64,000 bases of DNA from Candidatus Cloacimonadales bacterium (GTDB lineage: Bacteria > Cloacimonadota > Cloacimonadia > Cloacimonadales > JAIOQZ01). A model generated the notes under the pieces. It did not search any database. It saw only the letters and a list, made by a program, of their open reading frames with translations, and had not been told where the DNA came from. Shown here one piece after another: positions 49,590 through 60,300 of the stretch; position 1 is the stretch's first letter, and every line of letters begins with the position of its first letter. The translations under genes and the position numbers were made by a program. Location: positions 672,001 to 736,000 of the forward strand of contig OY771587.1 in assembly GCA_963674825.1 (NCBI GenBank). The letters are read 5' to 3'.

Positions 49590-49601
49590 TGCTATATAGC
49601 A
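49590..49601. promoter_or_regulatory. Candidate operator: perfect palindrome TGCTATATAGCA
   Basis: 23 nt downstream of TTGACG (49561-49566), upstream of the GH16 operon. Confidence 0.6.
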
Positions 49602-49661
49602 TCATGAATGGATGTTTATATTCATCCCCTGCGATGCAAAAAGATGTGCGAGGTCCTTATT

Positions 49662-52661
49662 GTGAAACGAAATATCCTGATTTTTTCCCTGATAGCTACA
49701 CTTTTCGTGATCCTGCTTGCAGGCTGTGACCCGATGACTGATCCGGATCACGTGGAAGACACAGTTCCCTCTTCAGACTATGAACTCGTATGGGCTGATG
49801 AATTCGATCAGACATCGACGATGCCCAATCCCGCCTACTGGAATTACGATACCGGCTACGGCACGAATGGATGGGGTAACGATGAATGGCAGTATTATAC
49901 CAACTCCGAAGACAACGTGAAAGTAGAAGACGGCAATCTCGTCATTACAGCAACTTGGGATTCGGAAAATTTCCTGGCACCTGGCAAAAGAGACGGTTCG
50001 ATCACTTCTGGACGTATCAACACGAAGGGAAACTTCTCCATGAAATACGGAAAAGTGGAAGCCCGTATCAAGACACCCGAAGGCGCAGGTATCTGGCCCG
50101 CGTTCTGGATGCTCGGTTCTAACTACAATGAAGTAGGCTGGCCCTATTGCGGTGAAATCGATATCATGGAAATGAGTCCGCTCTATTATAATGAAAAGAC
50201 CACGATCTGCACCGCGCATTGGTATGACGAAGACCTCGGCGCACACAACTCGTATGGCGGCACGAAAGTTTTCGACGAATCGCTCGCGAACAACTACCAC
50301 ATCTTTGAACTCGAATGGGATGCCTATCGTCTCGTGGGGCGCATCGACGGCATGACCTATATGATCAAAACCATCGATCCCGACACCATGGATGAATTCC
50401 GAAACAACTTCTTTATCTTATTAAATATCGCTGTCGGCGGCGGATTCGGTGGAGCTCCGAACGACACCACCGTCTGGCCGCAAAAAATGTACGTCGATTA
50501 CGTACGCTGCTATCAGCTCAATCCCGATAACGACGACGTGGAATCTTTCGGTATCTTCACCGACGACACAGCTACCGATGACGGAATCATCCCCGGACTC
50601 GACGCTGAGATCTACGTATGGGAAAGCACACTTTCCACCGGCTCCATCGAGCCCTACGAAGGTGACAACGTCATGGCGTTCATCACAACCGGGGCCGGTT
50701 GGTTTGGCGCAGGTATTCAAGCAAACGAACCGATCGACATCTCGAACTTCGCGGGTGGTGATCTCAAGTTTATGATCAAGATACCGGAGAATATCCATTT
50801 CTGGATCGGTATGAACGACAACAACGGCAGCGAAAGCTATGTCGAATTCCCCGCCGGTGAAACCGCATATGGACTCACTCGTGACGGTGAATGGGGACAG
50901 GTGACCATTCCTATTCAGGATATCGCAGGTAACCTGGACCTCAGCTCCATCAGCTACGCGTTCATGATCAAGGAAGAAGAAGGCGCGTCATGCCAGTTCG
51001 CCATCGACGATATCTATCTCGACGGCGGTGGCACATCCATCAGCAGCGTCAGCTTCAGCGCAAACAGCTATACGAATGAAGATAATGGCGCGACCATTAC
51101 CGTTATCGACGAAGAAGCAACCAGCACGGATGTGATCGCAACCGTCAGCAACGGCAGTGAATCGATCGAACTCAACGTAACAATCGACGAAAACGGAACT
51201 GGCTCTGCAACAGCCCTCTTCGGTGAGACCAATCAGGAGACCGGAACCATCGCAGTAAGCGTTGGAACCACGCTTTCCGTCAGCTACACTGACACCTATG
51301 GTGTAGAACGCACAGATTCCGCAATCATCACTGCATCGACCCCCGATGTAAACACGTTCGGCGTTTTCACCGAAACGACACCGGTAACATCGAGCCTCAC
51401 CATCGGCGAGGACTCTGAAATATATGTATGGGAAGGTACACTAACCTCCGCCAACATCGATCCGTGGGAAGGCGACAACGTCATCGCATGGCAAACAACC
51501 GGCGCTGGTTGGTTTGGCGCAGGCATTACGTCCCTCAGTTCGCTTGATCTGTCCGATTTTTCTACCGGCTCACTCAAATTCATGATGAAGATGCCGGCTG
51601 ACATCACCTTTAAAATAGGTGTCCAGGATCAATCGGGCCACGAGGACTACGTCACTTTCACAGCAAATCAGAATCTTTACGGCCTGACCCGCGACGGCGA
51701 ATGGGGACAGGCATCCATTCCGATCAGTGAACTGATCAACAATGTTGATCTCTCGGACATGAGCTACGTCTTCACCATCCTGGAAGAAAACGGCGCGACG
51801 TGCGAATTCGCGATCGACGACATATACTGGCAGGAAGGCGCGGCATCGTACCAGAGCAGCGTAAGCCTGGACGCCAGCAGCTACACCGAAGACGCGACCA
51901 GCGCGCAGATTCACGTGCTGGATGAAGCCATTCCCGGCTCGACCGTCTCCGTGACCGTCCAGAACGGTTCCGAATCCATCAGTGTCGCTGTCTCGCTCGA
52001 TAGCGAAGGCGAAGGCGACGCCACCCTGAACTTCGGGACAACCGACGACGCGACCGACACCATCGCCATCTCGGCAGGCATGACCCTTACCGTCACCTAT
52101 ACCGACCACAACGGCAACAACCTGACCGACAGCGCGACCATCCAATCGTCCGGTCCGTCCGTGGATACATTTGGCATCTACACCGAGTTGACGCCCGTAA
52201 CCGACGGCATTGCTATCGGCTCCGACGCATCGATCTACGTGTGGGAAAACACCCTCACGGGTGGAACCATCGAACCTTGGGAAGGCGAATACGCCATAAG
52301 CTGGCAATCGACCGGCGCAGGCTGGTTCGGCGGCGGCATCAAAGTCAGCCAGGCGCTGGACCTCTCCGCATACGACGGTGGTACCGTCAAGATGATGATC
52401 AAGATGCCTGCGAATGTCACCTTCAAGATCGGAATGACCGACACAGCCGGACACGAAAAGTACGTCTCCTTCCCCGCGAATCAGACCGCATACGGCCTGA
52501 CCCGTGATGGCGAATGGGGCCAGGCTTCGATTCCGGTCAGCGAATTCACCTCTACCATCGACATCTCCGCACTCGATTACGTCTTCACCATCCTGGAAGA
52601 AAACGGAACCCAATGTGACTTCTCGATCGATGACATCTACTGGGTAGAAGCTATAAACTAA
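49662..52661 (+). CDS. Lipoprotein GH16 glucanase with three CBM-like repeats and two Ig-like spacers
   Basis: Lipobox LAGC; LVWADEF, WPAFWMLG, WPYCGEIDIME; GAGWFG..YGLTRDGEWGQ..IDDIY x3; GTG start after GAGG. Confidence 0.9.
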   Translation: MKRNILIFSLIATLFVILLAGCDPMTDPDHVEDTVPSSDYELVWADEFDQTSTMPNPAYWNYDTGYGTNGWGNDEWQYYTNSEDNVKVEDGNLVITATWDSENFLAPGKRDGSITSGRINTKGNFSMKYGKVEARIKTPEGAGIWPAFWMLGSNYNEVGWPYCGEIDIMEMSPLYYNEKTTICTAHWYDEDLGAHNSYGGTKVFDESLANNYHIFELEWDAYRLVGRIDGMTYMIKTIDPDTMDEFRNNFFILLNIAVGGGFGGAPNDTTVWPQKMYVDYVRCYQLNPDNDDVESFGIFTDDTATDDGIIPGLDAEIYVWESTLSTGSIEPYEGDNVMAFITTGAGWFGAGIQANEPIDISNFAGGDLKFMIKIPENIHFWIGMNDNNGSESYVEFPAGETAYGLTRDGEWGQVTIPIQDIAGNLDLSSISYAFMIKEEEGASCQFAIDDIYLDGGGTSISSVSFSANSYTNEDNGATITVIDEEATSTDVIATVSNGSESIELNVTIDENGTGSATALFGETNQETGTIAVSVGTTLSVSYTDTYGVERTDSAIITASTPDVNTFGVFTETTPVTSSLTIGEDSEIYVWEGTLTSANIDPWEGDNVIAWQTTGAGWFGAGITSLSSLDLSDFSTGSLKFMMKMPADITFKIGVQDQSGHEDYVTFTANQNLYGLTRDGEWGQASIPISELINNVDLSDMSYVFTILEENGATCEFAIDDIYWQEGAASYQSSVSLDASSYTEDATSAQIHVLDEAIPGSTVSVTVQNGSESISVAVSLDSEGEGDATLNFGTTDDATDTIAISAGMTLTVTYTDHNGNNLTDSATIQSSGPSVDTFGIYTELTPVTDGIAIGSDASIYVWENTLTGGTIEPWEGEYAISWQSTGAGWFGGGIKVSQALDLSAYDGGTVKMMIKMPANVTFKIGMTDTAGHEKYVSFPANQTAYGLTRDGEWGQASIPVSEFTSTIDISALDYVFTILEENGTQCDFSIDDIYWVEAIN

Positions 52662-52685
52662 AATTCGTAAAATAGAGGACTGCAC

Positions 52686-54605
52686 ATGAGCAAGCGAACG
52701 CATCACTCGACTCGACCTGAAGACCGGATTTCGTTCGGCCAGAAAAGTTCTTACGCCATCGGTATGCTGGTGAATAACCTGCAAGCCGCCGCACTGCCGG
52801 CTATGGTTGTCATTCTCAACCTCGGCCTGGGCATGGATGTTCTGCTGGTGGGATTGATCGGATCGATCCCGAGAATCTTCGACGCTATCTCCGACCCGAT
52901 GGTTGGCTACATCTCGGACAACACCCGTACCCGTTGGGGCAGGAGGCGACCGTTCATCTTCGTTGGCGCGCTGCTGGCAGGATTGATCTTCGCGATCATG
53001 TGGCAGTTACCATCCGGATACATCGATATCCTGGGCGATAAGCCGGTGCATTCGCATCAGATTATTGCAGGAACCGAAACCGACGCAACGCTTGACGACT
53101 CGGGTAGCCTGGTCATCGATTACGATGCAGCGCAGACCAATGACATCTCGTTCGTCCTCTATGGACCCGAAGAACTTTCGCAAACGCAGGGCGAGATCGC
53201 GACAACCAATCTGGAAGGCTTCCCCCAGCTCGAGCTCAATGCGGATCTCCCTGAATATGAGACTATGACCCTGACATTCGATGGTGGCGAAGAGGATTAT
53301 TTACTCAGTCTCACGCAGGACGATTCACAGGATGGAAATGGAAAGCTTTACAAGGTCGCTCTCGCAGGTTTGAAAGCTTCCGATGGCAGCGATACGCAAA
53401 TCGATATGCAATCGATCGAAGATATCACCGTCACTCTCCACGGCGTGAAAGGTAGCGGAGAAGCCACTTTGCATGCGCTCAAGCTTCGCAAGAGCGAGAG
53501 TTTCTACAACGGCTATTTTATCTACTTTCTGATCATGTCGATCCTCTTCTTCCTGGCCTACACGCTTTACGCGACTCCGTTCGTGGCATTCGGCTACGAA
53601 ATGACTCCGGACTACCATGAACGCACCCGCCTGCATGCCTTCGCAAACACCGTCGGACAGCTCGCGTGGCTCGGCGTGCCGTGGTTCTACGCGATCATGG
53701 CAAGCAGCCTGTTCCGCGATACGGTTCACGGAGCCAGAACACTGGCTATCTTCGTGGGTATTGCTGTCGCCGTGCTTGGTATGATTCCAGCGATTTTCTT
53801 GCGTGAACGCGTCTCGCTTGAACCAGTCAAAAACGCGACCAAGGGCCTCTGGAAAAACATGGCGGAGTTCTTCTCGGGCGTTGCCACTACTTTCAAATGC
53901 AAACCTTTCGTAAAACTTTGCGGCGCAACCTTCCTGGTATTCAATGGATTCCAACTGGGTGCGTCATTCTCAATCTATGTAATGATTTACTTCCTTTTCC
54001 ACGGGAACGACGGCAGTGCCGGCAAGCTCATGGGCTGGTTCGGCATGCTCACCTCTATCGCAACGCTCGTCGTAATCCCACTGACAGGCTGGATTGCAAC
54101 TCGTATCGGCAAAAAGAAAACCTTCTTCATCACCATCTCGATGTCCCTGATCGGTTATGTGGTCAAATGGTTTGGCTACAACCCGGCGCACCCTTATTGG
54201 CTTCTCTTTGCCGCGCCGTTCATCGCTTTCGGTACCGGATCCCTTTTCACCCTTATGGGCTCTATGATCTCGGATGTCTGCGATTATGACGAACTCGAAA
54301 CCCACAAGAGACGCGAAGGTGTTTTTGGCGCTATCTACTGGTGGATGGTCAAGATTGGTATGTCTATCGCGGGGCTGATGACCGGTGTACTGCTCAAAGT
54401 TGTAAAATTTGATCAAGCGCTGGGGGCTGGCCAAGATGCAACCACCCTTCAACTGCTGCGATTCTTCGATGTAGCGATTCCTTTCCTCACCTCGGCGATC
54501 GCCATCTGGATCATCGCATCTTACGCCTTGAACGAGGATAAGGTGTATGAGATCCGCAACATACTGGAGCTTCGTCATGCAAAAGGCGTGGCTAAAGAGT
54601 CATAG
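52686..54605 (+). CDS. GPH/MelB-family MFS sugar transporter with inserted soluble domain
   Basis: FDAISDPMVGYISDNTRTRWGRRRPF, EMTPDYHERTRL, DVCDYDEL..RREG; ~160-aa hydrophilic insert after TM3. Confidence 0.9.
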   Translation: MSKRTHHSTRPEDRISFGQKSSYAIGMLVNNLQAAALPAMVVILNLGLGMDVLLVGLIGSIPRIFDAISDPMVGYISDNTRTRWGRRRPFIFVGALLAGLIFAIMWQLPSGYIDILGDKPVHSHQIIAGTETDATLDDSGSLVIDYDAAQTNDISFVLYGPEELSQTQGEIATTNLEGFPQLELNADLPEYETMTLTFDGGEEDYLLSLTQDDSQDGNGKLYKVALAGLKASDGSDTQIDMQSIEDITVTLHGVKGSGEATLHALKLRKSESFYNGYFIYFLIMSILFFLAYTLYATPFVAFGYEMTPDYHERTRLHAFANTVGQLAWLGVPWFYAIMASSLFRDTVHGARTLAIFVGIAVAVLGMIPAIFLRERVSLEPVKNATKGLWKNMAEFFSGVATTFKCKPFVKLCGATFLVFNGFQLGASFSIYVMIYFLFHGNDGSAGKLMGWFGMLTSIATLVVIPLTGWIATRIGKKKTFFITISMSLIGYVVKWFGYNPAHPYWLLFAAPFIAFGTGSLFTLMGSMISDVCDYDELETHKRREGVFGAIYWWMVKIGMSIAGLMTGVLLKVVKFDQALGAGQDATTLQLLRFFDVAIPFLTSAIAIWIIASYALNEDKVYEIRNILELRHAKGVAKES

Positions 54606-54614
54606 GAACGCTGT

Positions 54615-56252
54615 ATGCAGTGGTTGCTGATTTTCTCCATACTCGTGACAATGCTGGTTGCTCCCTCCAGGAATTGGGGGGAGCCTCCGTTTTCGACTCG
54701 CGAAATCATTGTTACGTCCGCAGCCGGCGATAAGCTCGCCAGAAAGGACAACGTCGAATTTCTCACCGGCGAAGCCACCGGAAACGTTTTAGTAATACTT
54801 CCCGAAAAGACACAACAAACAATGGACGGCATCGGTACCTCCTTCACCGAGTCGTCCTCTTTTGTTTTAGCCCATCTGGACAAAAACCTCCGCGATGAGG
54901 TTATGCAGAACATCTTCGGTAAAAACGGGGCGAATTTCACACTCACAAGAACCCACATCGGCGCATGCGATTTCACCGTCGAAGGCAAATACTCCTACGC
55001 GAAAAGCTCACTCGACGATTTCTCAATTGCTGTCGATTCCGAGGGATTCAATCCCAAACGCTATCCCGGAATCAAGGATCCGAAATACGATCTGCTGCCC
55101 ATGATCAAAGAAGCGCTGGAGATTAATCCCGATTTGCGTATTATTGCCTCAGCATGGACAGCGCCCGACTGGATGAAAGACATCGAGACCTGGTATATCC
55201 CGGGAAGCCCGGAAAATAACTGGCAGGGAACCGGTGGATCGCTCAAATACGAACACATTCCCACCTATGCCGAGTATCTAATCAAATACCTGCAACAATA
55301 CAAGGATGAAGGCGTCAATATCTGGGGGATCACACCCGTGAACGAACCACACGGCAACAACGGCCAGTGGGAAAGCATGAGTTTCACGCCGGAATCGCAG
55401 AGTCGCTTCATCCAGAAGCACCTCGGCCCCCGGCTTAAGGAAAACGGTTTCGCCGACATCAAAGTTCTAATCTACGACCAGAACCGCGACGGTATAGAAC
55501 ACTGGGCAGACGTTATCCTCTCCGATCCCAAGACTTCGCCTTATGTGTACGGAACTGCCATTCACTGGTACGAGAGCACCAACAAGGTCTCTGAAGACGT
55601 GCTGGATCGCGTTCACGAGAAGTATCCCGGATTCGCCATCATCCACACTGAAGGTTGCATCGACGACCTCGGTAAGGACGCGCCCGGAGGCGTGACCGAC
55701 CCCGAAGGCTACAAGGAAGAGAACTGGTTCGACAACGACGACTTCTGGTGGAGCAAGACCGCTACCGACTGGGCTTATTCGGTTACATGGCAGGGTGTAG
55801 ATGTTGAAGACCATCCCATGTACACACCGGTTCATCGATATGCTCGCAACATAATCGAAAGTATCGATCACTGGGTACAGGGCTGGATCGACTGGAATAT
55901 CGTTCTGGATAAGGATGGCGGGCCTAATCACGTCGGAAACTTCTGTGGCGCACCAATCATGATCGACACCGAGAAGCAACACGTCTATTACACACCGATT
56001 TTCCATGTACTGAAGCAATTTAGCCGCACCATCCGTCCTGGCGATGAAGCAGTCAAAACCAATCTTGTCATGCCAGACCTTGGCAACGACGATTTCCACG
56101 CATGCGCTACGGTAAATCCGGATGGTATCCTCAGCGTACAGGTGCTCAACACGACCCGGAATCCGATTGAGTACAAGCTGCAGATTGGAGAGCGTTACGC
56201 GCCGATCACGGCTCCAGCAAACTCAGTACAAACCGTGAGGGTACAGTTGTGA
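54615..56252 (+). CDS. GH30 glycoside hydrolase (beta-1,6-glucanase/glucosylceramidase-like)
   Basis: QTMDGIG, RTHIGACDF, SAWTAPDWMK, VNEP, HWY, HTEGC, WIDWNIVLD..GGPNH. Confidence 0.9.
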   Translation: MQWLLIFSILVTMLVAPSRNWGEPPFSTREIIVTSAAGDKLARKDNVEFLTGEATGNVLVILPEKTQQTMDGIGTSFTESSSFVLAHLDKNLRDEVMQNIFGKNGANFTLTRTHIGACDFTVEGKYSYAKSSLDDFSIAVDSEGFNPKRYPGIKDPKYDLLPMIKEALEINPDLRIIASAWTAPDWMKDIETWYIPGSPENNWQGTGGSLKYEHIPTYAEYLIKYLQQYKDEGVNIWGITPVNEPHGNNGQWESMSFTPESQSRFIQKHLGPRLKENGFADIKVLIYDQNRDGIEHWADVILSDPKTSPYVYGTAIHWYESTNKVSEDVLDRVHEKYPGFAIIHTEGCIDDLGKDAPGGVTDPEGYKEENWFDNDDFWWSKTATDWAYSVTWQGVDVEDHPMYTPVHRYARNIIESIDHWVQGWIDWNIVLDKDGGPNHVGNFCGAPIMIDTEKQHVYYTPIFHVLKQFSRTIRPGDEAVKTNLVMPDLGNDDFHACATVNPDGILSVQVLNTTRNPIEYKLQIGERYAPITAPANSVQTVRVQL

Positions 56253-57313
56253 TACGATTCTGCCTGATCCTGATTGCGGTTTTTTCCCTCCTCGCAGCCT
56301 GCGCCAAACAGAAAGAAATGCCACAGAACACAATGGTCAGGCAGCTCCTCGAAGAGGGAATCACCCCTCCCCCATCCGAACCTTTCGGTATTCGCGAGTT
56401 TTTACAACCATTGGATCTCAGAGCTGTTTCTTATGGACCGTATCGCAAAGGACAAGCACCTGGTGGTGCTTCGCCTACCGAAGTAGAGCTGGAAGAAGAC
56501 CTGACTCTCATCGCGAATTACTGGCATCTAATCCGAGTCTACAACGCGGACGATCTTTCGGAGAACATGCTTTCCATCATTGATGAAAACACGCTCCCTA
56601 TCCGCGTCATGCTGGGAATCTGGCTGGAAAAAGAGGCAATAGGTACCGACGCAAAACTGCACAATATCGACAACACCCTTCGAGCTATCGAGCTCGCAAA
56701 TCGCTACAAAGACATTGTAGTGGCTGTAAGTGTGGGCAATGAAACGCAGGTCGAGTGGTCAGCACACCGCATGAATCCCGAAAACCTGATTCGATACATC
56801 CGCACCGTGCGCAACAATATCCAGCAGCCGGTTACCAGTGCAGACGATTACAATTTTTGGAATAAAAAAATCAGCGTGGAGATTGCCGACGAGATCGATT
56901 TCATCACCATGCACATGCATCCGCTTTGGAACGGAAGGACACTCGCAACCACCGCCGAATGGCTATCACGAACACTCGATGCCGTCCAAAGCATGCATCA
57001 GCGTCCTGTGATAGTGGGCGAAACAGGATGGGCAACCGACTACAATGCCAACCGCAAAGGTACTGGTGAGCAGGGAACGCTGGTCAAAGGAGAAGTGAGT
57101 GTGGAAGGGCAACAGGACTTCCTGATGCTACTCGATCGCTGGATTGAAGAGAACCAGACCACAACGTTTTTATTCGAAGCGTTCGACGAGCCCTGGAAAG
57201 GTTCTGGCGAACACGATATAGAGAATAACTGGGGCGTTTTTTACGAGGATCGCACACCCAAGTCATCCTTTAAAGCGTTCCAGGAGCATATAGATAATGG
57301 AACACTCAAATAA
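56249..57313 (+). CDS. GH17-type beta-1,3-glucanase/glucosidase lipoprotein
   Basis: Lipobox AAC; SYGPYR, IRVY, VSVGNE, GETGW, FEAFDEPWK, ENNWG. Confidence 0.88.
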   Translation: MIRFCLILIAVFSLLAACAKQKEMPQNTMVRQLLEEGITPPPSEPFGIREFLQPLDLRAVSYGPYRKGQAPGGASPTEVELEEDLTLIANYWHLIRVYNADDLSENMLSIIDENTLPIRVMLGIWLEKEAIGTDAKLHNIDNTLRAIELANRYKDIVVAVSVGNETQVEWSAHRMNPENLIRYIRTVRNNIQQPVTSADDYNFWNKKISVEIADEIDFITMHMHPLWNGRTLATTAEWLSRTLDAVQSMHQRPVIVGETGWATDYNANRKGTGEQGTLVKGEVSVEGQQDFLMLLDRWIEENQTTTFLFEAFDEPWKGSGEHDIENNWGVFYEDRTPKSSFKAFQEHIDNGTLK

Positions 57314-57329
57314 AAAAATGGAGGCGAAA

Positions 57330-60300
57330 ATGAAAAGCACCCACATGATTGTTTTCCTGATGTTCATTCTGACTGCTTTCTCCGGGCTGTTTGCAGCGTC
57401 TACAACCATCGACTTCGAGTCTAGCGACAATGGAACCGGATGGACGTGGACCGTTGCAGAAAACGCAACAAACCCGGCATTGACTTTCCCGGCAAACCCA
57501 GTCAGTGGCGGTATCAACACGTCGGCAACCGTTGCCGAATATACCGCTCTCGATGCTGGTAATCCCTGGGCTCTTTGTTTCACTGACGACATCGACGGTT
57601 TCACGTTTACAGAAAGCAACAGCACCGTCACAATCCAGGTCTATAAGACCGTAGCAACCAACATCGGTATCAAGTTTGAAGGAATTAGCCCCGCAGTTGA
57701 ACTGCAGGTAGCAAACACATCTGTCAACCAGTGGGAAACCGTTACCTTCGATTTCTCCAGTGCGATCGGCAACACCTACACCAGACTGGTCATCATCCCC
57801 GATTTCCAGGACCGCAGCGAAGATCACACAATCTACTTCGATAACATCGTGATCCCCGCAAGCAACACTATTATCCCAGACCCAGAAGCACCTGAAGTGG
57901 CCGCACCGGTTCCCACCGAAGCACCCGAAGATGTAATTTCTATCTACAGCGACAGCTACACTAACCTTGAAGGCACCAACTTCGCAGCTCCGTGGGGACA
58001 GTCCACTGTCGTCACGTTCGACGAAGTTGAAGGCAACGGGTACATGTACTACTCGATGTTCAACTACCAGGGTACGCAACTTCTCGGCGCGCATAATCTT
58101 TCCAGCATGACCCACGTTCATATCGACATGTGGACACCGGACGCAACCGTTGTTCAGTTCACACCCATCAGCGCATCGACCGGCGAACACCTTGTCTCGC
58201 TGACTCCGATCAACCTGGAAGCATGGAATAGCTACGATATTCCGCTTTCAAGCTTCACCGGCGTCGCGATGACCGACATTCACCAGCTCAAGTTCGACGG
58301 ACAAGCCGGCGTCTCGCCGTCCAACGTCTATCTTGACAACATCTACTTCTACGCCGGCGACATCTCCGGCACCGACGCAACGCTCAGCGACCTTAAGGTC
58401 GATGGCACAACCGTCGATGGTTTCGCTTCCAATGTTTATTCCTACGATGTCGAGCTTCCGGAAGGAACCACAACCGTCCCGACCGTTACCGCAACGACTA
58501 ACGACGTGAACGCAAGCCATGTGGTGAACGCTGCGTCCGCACTTCCGGGAACGACCACTGTCGTCGTGACTGCTGAAGACGGAACGACAAGCCTCACATA
58601 CAGCGTCAACTTCACGGTTGAGAATAACAATCCGACCGAACCGTCCGAAGCAGCTCCGACACCTACCCACCTTCACGAGAATGTCACATCCGTATTCAGC
58701 AACGTGTACGGCGATATGGCCGGGGCAAACTTCAACCCCGCATGGGGACAAACAACAACCGTTGGCTTCGTACTGGTTGGCGGCGATGTTACCCTGCAAT
58801 ATGCTAACTTCAACTACCAGGGAACCGAATTCCCGAGTATCAATCTTTCCGCGATGGAATATATCCACTTTGATCTGTGGACTCCGGACGCAACCGTCAT
58901 CGAGTTCTCGCCGATCAGCGAAACAACCGGCGAACACCTTGTAGCGATCGATCCACTCGTTCAGGGAACCTGGAACAGTATTGATATGCCGCTTACCGAT
59001 TTCACGGGCGTTAGCATGGCCGATATCAATCAGCTCAAGTTCAATGGCCAGAACGGTGTATTCCCGTCCAGTGTATGGATCGATAATATCTTCTTCTGGA
59101 AAAGCCCTGCAGGCGATGACGAAGACGCGACTCTCAGCAACCTGCTGGTGAACGGCACGACCGTCAGCGGCTTCTCACCCGCAACTTATGATTACGATGT
59201 CGAGCTTCCGTTCGGCACTACCGTAGTTCCCACCGTAACCGCTGTCACAACCGATCTGGATGCAAGCTACGTCGTTAACGACGCTGCTGCTCTTCCGGGA
59301 TCCACAACCGTTGTCACCACCTCTGAAAACGGAGAGAACAGCCTCACGTACACGCTCAACTTTACCGTTGCCACAGAAACCAGCGATCCGACCCAAGGTG
59401 CACCGGCTCCGACCCATGCAAACGCGGATGTCGTCTCTGTGTTCAGTAACACTTACGGTGACATGGCCGGCGTAAACTTCAACCCGCCTTGGGGACAGTC
59501 CACCACCGTGACCCTCGAATCGATCGGCGGCAACACAACCCTGAAATATGCAAACTTCAACTACCAGGGAACGCAGTTCGCAGGAACTGTTGACCTTTCT
59601 CTGATGGAATACGTTCATATCGACATTTGGACACATGACGCAACGATCGTTAAATTCTCTCCCATCAGCGTTAGCACGGGCGAAGTCCTGACCATTCTCT
59701 CACCGCTTGAGCAGGATACATGGAACAGCCTCGATATCCCGCTTGAAGACTTCACTGGCATGACCATGTCCGACATCCATCAGCTCAAGTTCGATGGACA
59801 GGCCGGCGTCTCGCCCTCGACCATCTGGCTCGACAACATCTACTTCTGGAAGAACCCGACCCAAGCTGGCAGCGATGCAACCCTCAGCGACCTGAAGGTT
59901 GACGATGTAACCATCCCGGGATTCTTATCAGGAACTCTTAACTACACCTACGAGCTTCCGATGGATGCGACAGAGGTTCCGACCGTAACCGCAACCACAA
60001 CCGACGTAAATGCTTCCTATGTCATCAATGACGCTACCGAGCTCCCGGGCTCCACGACTGTCGTTGTAACCGCGCAGGACAACACCACGGTCCTTACCTA
60101 TACCATCAACTTCACGATCGCAGATCCGGTACCGAATGAGGCAGCTCCGATCCCAACCGTCGATCCTGCTAACGTAATCTCGATCTTCAGCAACACCTAC
60201 GGCGATATCGCAGGTGCAAACTTCAACCCCAACTGGGGTCAATCTACTACCGTTACCTTCGAAAACATCGATGGCAACACAACCCTTAAATATGCAAACT

